A DNA stretch of 60,767 nucleotides from Octopus bimaculoides (taxonomy: Eukaryota): the NCBI RefSeq assembly GCF_001194135.2, contig NC_068981.1, positions 160,003,473 through 160,064,239 on the forward strand. Reading direction: 5' to 3'. The first letter of the stretch is position 1, and every line of letters begins with the position of its first letter. The position numbers and the translations under genes are program-made. Shown one piece after another: positions 51,450 through 60,767 of the stretch. The notes beneath the pieces are model-generated. The model worked only from the letters and a program-made list of their open reading frames with translations. It made no database searches and was not told the DNA's origin.

Positions 51450-51960
51450 TACATTAACAACCTATACATTGTCTCTTCTAACCACACATACTCCTATGCA
51501 GATAATACCATTTTCACTTCTTGACTTTCTACATACAAGTATCATCTACACATGACCTACACATTTACAACAAACAAAGAGCTTGAAAAATTTTGCAATG
51601 GCGATATGGAGACAACCTAGTCTCCATTAATAGCACTAAGATAAAGCCACTGCACATGTCAATGAAAGAGCTTATACTATATCCTCTATATTATTGAGCA
51701 AATCACAATTAAATCCCTCAAAGTTACTACTGTAAGTGCTAGTGCTCGCAATCTTTGATTCTTCTTTTAGAGCAACTTCATGTATAACGTTGTTAAAATT
51801 TTAATACTACGCCTTCTTTAGCAGTTGAACTTCAAGAAGGTTCAAGAAAAACTCACATTGAAAAATTGCAGACACAGACTACATAAAAAAAAGTAACCCA
51901 TTTAGGTGTTTTAACTCAGATTCATTCACCAACATACTAAAGCCATAACTTAGTTTCCTC
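51450..51960 (+). mobile_element. Very old LINE (CR1/L2-like) 3' remnant
   Basis: Degenerate coding-like stretch resembling the other LINE 3' remnants; weak. Confidence 0.35.
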
Positions 51961-52638
51961 TTCCAGCCCCTTCTACTGACTATGGCTTCTACTTTTCTCT
52001 GTTTGTATTATGCCTGTTCCCTTTTTATCTAAGGTTATCCATGGCCATTTCTCTCTCTCTCTCTCCCTCCCCCTCTCTCTCATCTGCTGCCATGTCTTTC
52101 AACTTCCTTGATCTTATAATATGTATCTTGACCAATCAATTTTCACAGAACTGCAGCATTTTGATATCCGTTCCTCCCTCCACGTTTTCTCTGTAGCTGT
52201 CAAATTACAGAAATTAAAACTAAATATCAACTACTTAATTCCTTCAGGTCTGTAAGAGCCTACGAAGGTCATTGACACAGTTTTTCATTCCCTAATTAAT
52301 CTTAATAGATGTGAAAAAGTAGCCATTATAATTCATTAGTTGTTATATGTCATCTCCAGTCTAATGGAATTGTGTAAATGATGACGTAATCGTAAAAAGG
52401 AGATTAAAAACGTATTAGGAAATTCGTTGCTTAGTGGATTCCTACGTCTATAGCCTGTTGCTAAGCTTGTCAAAGCGGAAAAGTTCGTCTGCACTTACAA
52501 GTTAGTAAATACGGATACTCTTTGTGATTCGAGCCAATGAAGGGTTTTTACATTGTCACTTGACCTGCTAGAAATACAGCAGCCAAATTTCCCTCAAACC
52601 AAACTCCACATCTTAAGGAAGGGCATATTAAATAATTG

Positions 52639-52678
<40 letters not shown>

Positions 52679-53799
52679 TTGATAGATAGACAGATAGATA
52701 AACCCGTTCAAATACTCGTGCTTAAGATCAAATCCCTAAGTAAATTGCAACGAAATACTGATCTGTTATCTTCCTAGAGCTAGAAGACGAAAATTAAAAA
52801 AATATTTAATGAGGAGTTAGAATGTATAACGAAATGTAAGTCCTCTGTAGGAATGACCGTCCGACACATAAGATTATTTTTTCTTGTTTTGCTGTTTATT
52901 TTCTCTCTGGGTTAATATCTATTGTGAAGACGTGATATCAGTTTAGGTTTTTTTTTTAAGTTTTTGTATTTTGATTGTTCATAATATTTGATATGAAATA
53001 TATCAGTATTTGCACATTTAGTTTTTGCTTGTAAATAAGTAGCCGGCTTTTATTCAAAACCTTGCATCCTTGAATAAAAGGAGTGGTATACTTATGTTAC
53101 GACATTGTTACATGGTTTAAATGTATTGGGGCAAGCCTATGAATATATGAGACAATAATCTAGTCTATGAGACGTTATATATGCTGCATTTTTTTAAAAG
53201 GATAGTTACAACTGCACAAAATCTGAAAACTGAATGTGAGCGCCATGTAGTACTTTTAAAAAATGACCGATTCTAATTGATTTATTATGTAAAATAGTTG
53301 GAACCGATATTGTTGTACTTTAGGAAGATCGTTCCGGAAATTAAAACACAGGCAGCGGTTGTAATTTAAAAAGAAAAATAATAAAAATAGTATCCAGTGT
53401 GAGTACTGTATCAGTGACGAATGCTAGACTTAAATACTTCTGTGAACTATTGGACTGTAATATTTAATTAAGTCCCTTTTTGTTTCGAATAAAAAATCCG
53501 CCGAGGGTCGATTTTGTCATTCCATAGGAATCGGTAAAATAAACAATACACTACAAAATATACTTGAAACGATTCAGTCGATGAAACTCAGTCTTTATAA
53601 CTTTTTGGCTTAGTGCCAAAGTTAGAAATCAATAAAGACCTAAGGTTTTGAGTTTGAGTTATGGGAAGATTCAGTATTTTTATATTAAAAAAAAAAGCCT
53701 CGAAACACCTAAAATATGATAGATGTTGTTCAGATTGATTGAACCGTAAAATGCTAGGAATTAATCCATATAATATATATATTTATATAACAAATATTC

Positions 53800-54250
53800 G
53801 TACATTTACACAGAAATTATAACTACGGAGAAGCACAAATCTTAAGTAAATAGAGACAAGTGGTTTGACGAAGTTGGCTCCCCTGTTTGTTAGAGCTAAC
53901 TAATCGAACCTGGTGTTGCAAAGTTGCTGAAAATATTCCACACAACTCCAAGTTCAACCAACGTTCGGCTCGACTCACTAAATTTTGTTTTATTGTTGTT
54001 AGATTGTCGCAGGATTTCACATACACAGAGAAGTGCTCGCTGACGTCGGTTGGTAGATTTAACTTGATTCTCATGTTCTCACTGACAAAGGTCTGTTCCT
54101 TGGTCGCTAATGTTTTGCACTCAACTCTTTCACACATCACGCCATACGATGCGCACATGCAAAAGCGAAAACATTTAATTTTCATTTCATCATAAATATG
54201 CGAAATTTTTGGTAAGTCAAGTCACATGGACATGACTCTATGAAATCGCT
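53800..54250. promoter_or_regulatory. CpG-enriched putative promoter / 5' exon region
   Basis: Roughly 15-20 CpG in ~400 bp against very few in bulk sequence; CRE-like TGACGTCG at 54041; strong donors facing outward on both strands (53978 and 54212). Confidence 0.55.
54198..54211 (+). CDS. Candidate first coding exon (MRNF + 2 nt)
   Basis: First ATG after an in-frame stop at 54108; TG|GTAAGT donor; phase fits the 55685 exon. Confidence 0.5.
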
Positions 54251-54553
54251 TTTGTTTTCTCTATAATTAAGACCAGATTGTTGATTATTGTAAAATTACT
54301 TTTTATTTTTTCGCTTTTTTTCTTAATACTACCCATATCCTCTCTATGTGCGCATTTTTTAATTACGTAAAATAAATGTTTTTTAGTTATATTTTTTACG
54401 ATGGTTTTTGTACGATTCATTGTAAATTGTTTATTTTCTTCAATTTAAGATGGGGTTGGATTCAGTTCTTTAGAAAACCTCATTAACCTTATTTGATATT
54501 ATTAGAGTATATATTTTAGACTAAATATATTTACGCTATATCTCTTTCTGAAC

Positions 54554-54900
54554 GTTTACTTTTAATTCATTTTAACATAATCACAAATATAAGTCCCTGG
54601 TGCTAGTGTTTACGAAGTAAATATTTTCACCCTCACCTGCACACACTGTTTTTATGCCTTATTTTCATTTATTTGTGTAAACATCCCAGGATCCACTTTG
54701 AATCATATTGTACCACATTATTTTATAATTGGAGTCTTGTTCCCTTTTAATGAAAAATGTATCGTATATATCACCATTAGTTTCATTTAGGGAAACAATA
54801 AATCAGAGATATATTTTAATTAGATGACAGTAATCTTTAATTTTCATCTTTTAGGAAGCATTTCCTTCAATGGATATAATTTTGAGTTGTTAAATATTTT
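54554..54900 (+). repeat. Local duplicated segment, copy A (copy B 57117-57460; partial copy 56322-56410)
   Basis: tttaacataatcacaaatataag.ccctggtgct... aligns over about 340 bp. Confidence 0.9.
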
Positions 54901-55684
54901 AATACGCTACACTCTAAATTGATCGTTTTATCCCTAATATTTCTCCGATTTTAAAGAATTAAAGTAATCCTATTCTTTTATATTATTGTAACCTTTAAAC
55001 CAGTGTCACGATTACCATTATTAAAGTAATAAAGGTCTCCGAAACTCCGATCTGGAAAAGGGTTGCACGCCAGACACTTTCTCTTTCCTTTGCTTACTTC
55101 TTTAAGAAATTATATTCTTTTTGTATACTTTATCTATAGTTCATAGCATTGCCTAGAACTTGTTGAAAATTTGTTTAAGGTATGTTTATCAATATGTAAT
55201 ATAACAAATGAGGAAATACTTTTATTTTAGTAAATCTTTTGAGGTGTTTTTATTAAAATTTTATACATAATATTTCTTTTGTAAGGAATTTCTTGAATAC
55301 ACTCAGAAAAACAAATTAAACCAGAATACAAAACATGAGAATCGTTAAATTTTCTGAAACAAGCTTTTAACTTTATATGATTAATCATATTTTCTTCCTA
55401 TGAAATTTGTAATTGTATAAGATATATATTTTATAAGGATGATATTGTTTGACCCAATAAAGTTACAGACCAGGTTATTGTACTTTAGGCAACGAATAAG
55501 AAATCATTCATGTAACTAACTTGTAAAAGAAATCTGGTGGAGTCACTACTACAAGGATCGAACAATACTATCCCTAGTAAATATATTTTTCTACAATAAT
55601 AAATATATTTATTTAAAGCATTGCTTTTGAGTTTTTTAGAAAATTTAATGACATACGTGTTTGTATTGCATTCTTTTATTCTAG

Positions 55685-55782
55685 TTATTCAAACCCATTG
55701 ACAAAATTTGAACCGCACCTCAACCGCTTGCCAGCAAGCGGTAGTGGTGGTTCAAGTTCCGTCAGTGGTAGTTCAATTCCAA
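55685..55782 (+). CDS. Candidate second coding exon (CYSNPLTKFEPHLNRLPASGSGGSSSVSGSSIP)
   Basis: Acceptor ttcttttattctag; GC-richer, non-repetitive Ser/Gly-rich frame; donor A|GTGTGT uncertain; product unrecognised. Confidence 0.55.
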
Positions 55783-57116
55783 GTGTGTGTGTATATGTGT
55801 GTACACACACATATTTCACATTTAGGTGTGGCTGCCACTTCAAAGATAAATTACAAGTTGATGTGTTGATGTTAGAATATATGGTAGGCACAAATGGTAG
55901 AGAATAACACTAGGTGTTTTACTGAGGTTAATATCGTACTGCTGAACCCTTCCACCAAGTTACTGGCTTTGTACCTTTGTTAGGAATTATTGGTGTGTGC
56001 CTACAGGCAAGAGAAAAGAGTTGAGAGAGGGCACTTGCTCTTGGAAGAGAAATCCTGGATGTGTTGAATTTCTTGATTAGCCCTGGGTAACTGTGTGTGT
56101 AATCTGTGAATACCATTACTTTTTCCATACATAATTTATTTGTAAAACCTCTTCACACACACCTTTTATAACCTATCCCTGTAATGTCCTCCTATCTGTT
56201 GCCCTAAAGGCAATGATAAAGAAATTATCATCATCTCATGTATAGGAGTTCTAATCCACTGGAATCAACTTTGTATTTACCCCACTGCAATTGAAAAATA
56301 ACAGTAGAATCTATTCACATAGTTTTTATGAACTAAATATTTTCACCCTCACTTACACACTCTCTGTTTCCATCCCTTATTCCTCTACAAAATTTTCCTG
56401 GGACTTAATTGAAACCTCTCCCCTCCCTTCTCTTTCAGGGCTTCATTGCTTCTACTGCACCTATTCAGTTTATCAACTAAAATATAATATAGAATGGATG
56501 CTATATGGGATATGCAAAGTTAGAATGCAGGTAATACTACATAGTTTTTAGTTGAAGGGTCTACATACATGTTCATATAGATATCAATTAAGGCTGTCCA
56601 TTCACCTCATTTAACAGGTCGTGTGTGAAAATGTCAGTTAATTTTTTATAAATCCTTTGATCACTAAAAGCATTGTTTTTGTGCAGTGCTTAAACAATTC
56701 AGTTCTGTAGAGATTATTATTATTCAGACTTTTCACTATATCTAGAAATAACAGACACAAGAAATAAATGAAATGCCTCTTGCCAAGAATCAAACCTGTA
56801 TTGTAAACTCATTTCATTAGGAGTTTAACAGAATCACCTATTAACATGAACATAGTATTGTTGTAATTACTTGATCATCTTGTTACATCACAATATTTCC
56901 ATCTGAATCCATTAGTTTTTAAACTGGAAGGCATACCTTCTTTTGGGGACTTTGTGAATAATAGCACCCCCAAGCTGACATTGATGGTCTTCTTACTGTT
57001 TTCTAGACTGTTGTATGACCCATCCTTTTAAATAAAGATATGGTACAGGGTACAGCAGATGAAATGTATAGTCAAAGAAATGATTAATTCCAAAAATTTA
57101 TGAATCACACACCTAG

Positions 57117-57460
57117 TTTACTTTTAATTCACTTTAACATAATCACAAATATAAGCCCCTGGTGCTGGTGTTTATGAACTAAATATTTTCACCCTCACTT
57201 ACACACTCTCTGTTTCCATCCCTTACTTTCATTTATTTGTGTAAACATCCCAGGACCAACCTTGAATCGTATTGTACTATATTATTTTATAATTGGATTC
57301 TTGTTCCCTTTTAATGAAAAACATTGTGTACATCATTATTAGTTTCATTTAGAGAAACAATAAATCAGAGATATATTTCAATTAGATCTCAGTAATCTTT
57401 AATTTTCATCATTTGGGAAGCATTTCTTTCAATGGATATAATTTTAAATTGTTGAATATT
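57117..57460 (+). repeat. Local duplicated segment, copy B
   Basis: Diverged copy of 54554-54900. Confidence 0.9.
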
Positions 57461-58189
57461 TAAAAAAAATTTTCAATATAACAGAATATTCTGTATATAT
57501 GAAATTATGTATTAATGATACTCATTCATTTGTTTTATGTCTGTTTTTCCATGTTAGCATTGGGTTGGACAAATATTTATTGAGGTGTTTCTTTGCAACA
57601 GGATGCTCTTCCTGCTTCTAACTCTTGTCCAGTTTTCAAGTTAGTGATTCGTTTGTATTCCACTTACTTTTGAAAGTGCGGAGTTACAAGACAATTTGTT
57701 GAGCTTTCATATAGTTTTTATCTACTCTTTCCACTCAAGGCATTAATTGGCCCAAAAGCTCCAGTGAAAAAAAATGATGCAGTAAGATAGAACTTTAAAC
57801 TACATAGTTTGCCAAGCCTACAACTATTTTATCAATTCCAATAAGGCTATTTGAAATGGCCTCTGTCTTGTGATTGTAGCAATAGATGGTCTAGCAATTG
57901 TTTGCAGTAACATTTTGTGTATCCTTTCATATATATGTATATAATAAAAAAAATATGTGAGCAAAGTGAACATTGGTTAGAAATTATATTATCTGGATAA
58001 AGTGCTTGTGTGAAGCTATTAAGTCTCAAGTTCATTTTGCTTTTCCTTAGCCACTGTCCTACATCTTGCTCTTATATATCGGTCTCATAAAATACCATTC
58101 TTCACTGATTTCTTCAAGATTATGAGAAATTCCTGATTTGTTATATAGACATAAGATTTCAGATTTAAGTGACCAAATGATGTTTATTG

Positions 58190-58330
58190 AGCAACATAGT
58201 TCTTCTTGTGGTTCATGCACTTCTGCCATCAGTGCTGCAGTGCTTGGAATCCATTGGTGAAGAAGCTGTCATCCTGTTGGCGAAAAGATGAAATAGGAGT
58301 GAAGTAAAACAGCTCCAACTGGGAATTTAT
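58190..58330 (-). mobile_element. mariner transposase C-terminal remnant
   Basis: FRQQDDSFFTNGFQALQH*WQKCMNHKKNYV. Confidence 0.7.
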
Positions 58331-58479
58331 AAAGCTGGTTTGCTGTCTGAGAGCTAAGTGTTCTGCTCAATGTGTCACTTCAACGATTTAAATTATAGTT
58401 AATATACACTTCTTGCAGTTAGAGAAAAGAAGATTAAGATGAAATCTAAATAAATTTTTGGATATTAAAGGAATCCTAA

Positions 58480-58830
58480 TCTTATCTGAACTTTTGTAAA
58501 AAATTTGAGATCCACAATGGAATACTTCTCCTACCACTTGGAATATAATGCTGCTTCTACTTCTACACATACAGATGTTTTAGGTTCCATTCAAAAAAGG
58601 CCATCTGTCTGATTTGCAAGAAATCACTTGTTAACAAACTACAACTTCTGACCTACGGATGTGCTGTCTACTCACCCTGACTTTTCTACCACTACTATAG
58701 TGGCTTATCTGACCCACGCATATCTTCCCATCATGCATATTGTGCCCAGACCTAGTACTAAACACAATTCATAGTCATTCCCTAGACTCTCAGCTTTTTG
58801 AACTTTTGTCCCTGCCCAAGAGAAACATTA
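58480..58830 (+). mobile_element. CR1/L2-type LINE 3' remnant
   Basis: IQKKAICLI..SLVNKLQLL motif. Confidence 0.6.
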
Positions 58831-59320
58831 GCCACATCAATCTCCATTGTCTCTTGCCATGAGCACAATGCAGACCAATTCCTTACCACAGTTTCAATTC
58901 ATTTCAATGTTTTGTCTTCACTTTAACACACTATTATTTAAGCATATATTTTATAAAACAACATTCAATGTTATTTCATTTATGCTTTTCCATTGTTCTC
59001 AATACATCTCTGTCTTAATCCTTTCATTACCATATTTCTGTTGAAATGCACTACCTTTGTGTTTCAATTAATTTTTAGACTGATTTTGGAGGGTTTAGGA
59101 AAAATAACTAAATCTGCTGTGTAGAACATGTCTTCACATTATGACAGGAAGTTGTAATTTATATATGAGGATTTTTAAATAGCAGATTAGTTAATGTCAA
59201 AAGGGTTAAATGCATGTTTATAAATTTTCTTTGTTTCATTGATAGAGAATTATATATTTGACTCCTTTTTCTGCAAGCTGAAAATATCTTATTATTTCTG
59301 TTCATTCCTCCTATATTCTG

Positions 59321-59351
<31 letters not shown>

Positions 59352-59639
59352 TTACAATCCAGCCTTCCTCACTTGGAAATATCAGATTCCATTCTGATTT
59401 CACTCTCACAAAGGTTTCAAATTCCCTTTCAATTTTGCTTGCTGTATAGCTTTAGGTCATCCATGAGTAGCAAATGGTTAACTATCTTCTGTTTTTTTTT
59501 TTTTTTTTTTTTTTTTCCTCCGATGCTTTTACCTTCCTCAGTTCTAAAGAGTGTGGTAAAAGAGCAATGATAGGAAATGACTTTGGAAAGTACTCCAATT
59601 TATTGTGACATTTCCAAGTGGGTGCCTTCCTGCTTTTAG

Positions 59640-60120
59640 TTTCATTTTATAATTTTCCTACTTTACACATATCAATTCAGTGATGTTATTTGGAATTTTT
59701 AGCATTTTGAGTATCTTCAACCTCCAAGTGTGGGGGTCTATGTCACATGCTTTTTTTGTAAGCATTCCACCCCATTGCTAAGCCAGTCCATCTTACAGTT
59801 TCTTATCAGTTTGTCTATTGATAGTTGGCCCTTTGTCCCTCTTAAATTTTTCTGGTACCTTTTCTGTTCATTAGGGAGTAGGTTGTGTACCTCTAAGTGT
59901 ACACTGATCTTAATTGTAAACATACTTGACAGTTTCCATAGTAGTGGTAAGCTAGTTATCAAGCTGTTATTTGAGACTTCAGCACCTTTCTGTTTGTCTG
60001 ACATAACAGAGTTGTCTTATCCTTAGTCACCTAATTTAGGATACTTCCATTCCAGAGACATCCATTAATAAGTTAACACTTTCTACCTCCTTCAATTTTT
60101 CAAATAATCTCTTGTGAGGA
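59640..60120 (-). mobile_element. R4/Dong-type LINE RT remnant
   Basis: ITSLPLLWKL...HLEVHNLLPNEQK...RGTKGQLSIDK. Confidence 0.8.
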
Positions 60121-60436
60121 TTTTAGAACAGTTTGTTTTACTGAAACTGATCTATTCTCTTCTCATATTGTTTTATCTTAGTTACTTTGCTGTCACTCTA
60201 TACTTCAGTTCTAATACAACATTTATTCCCCCCCCCCTCTTTCCTTCTTTACATTATATTTTCTTTCTAGTGTTTTAATGGTGCTTGTTTCCTTGGTGTA
60301 CCTTCTTTAGGGAGCTGTAGTTAATTCCCCTCTCATCATAAGCACTTGACACTCTTCTGTTTGTCTTTTACATCAGGGTGTTTGTTCATTCTCGGTTTAC
60401 CTACCTTATAGCCAACCTCTTTTACTACAACTGCTA

Positions 60437-60767
60437 CATCATCATCATCATCATCATCATCGTTTAACGTCCGCTTTCCATGCTAGCATGGGTTGGACGA
60501 TTTGACTGAGGACTGGTGAAACCGGATGGCAACACCAGGCTCCAGTCTAATTTGGCAGAGTTTCTACAGCTGGATGCCCTTACGCCAACCACTCAGAGAG
60601 TGTAGTGGGTGCTTTTACGTGTCACCCGTACGAAAACGGCCACGCTCGAAATGGTGTCTTTTATGTGCCACCCGCACAAGAGCCAGTCCAGAGGCACTGG
60701 CAACGATCTCGCTCGAAAACCCTACAAGGCCAGTCAGGCGGTACTGGCAACGGTCACGCTCAAGATG
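60437..60767 (-). mobile_element. Young RTE-tailed SINE, runs off the window
   Basis: (CAT)n then cgtttaacgtccgctttccatgctagc. Confidence 0.9.

Noticed and set aside
53823-54185. 120-aa single-exon gene
   Set aside because: No recognisable domain; starts 13 nt from the opposite-strand ATG; at most part of a first exon.
55960-56070. Third exon of the plus-strand gene
   Set aside because: All frames stop before the donor.

Overview
Eukaryotic, AT-rich, microsatellite-dense genomic DNA from a gapped draft assembly. The SINE/RTE families with (CAT)n tails and the abundant (CA)n/(TA)n/(CAT)n repeats are what I associate with Octopus (inference from repeat content). Most of the window is intron-like sequence filled with transposon debris: several tRNA-derived and RTE-tailed SINE families, RTE LINEs, R4/Dong-type RLE LINEs, CR1/L2-type LINEs, a Penelope GIY-YIG fragment, Tc1/mariner, Tigger, hAT and piggyBac-type elements, and one solo LTR. 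No intact long ORF or recognisable host gene is visible. Most ORFs in the track are microsatellite, N-gap or TE artefacts. A CpG-rich zone near 53.8-54.3 kb looks like a promoter. A plus-strand gene appears to start there (ATG at 54198, a 14-nt coding first exon, then a Ser/Gly-rich second exon at 55685). Several weakly supported minus-strand exons, including 18-nt and 30-nt microexons, may belong to a divergent gene spanning most of the window. The most unusual structures are fold-back elements (a mariner-derived family with long inverted arms, a 467-bp hairpin element, a 46-bp hairpin in a SINE) and a PHD-like zinc finger inside the RTE reverse transcriptase. I found no convincing novel multi-gene system.
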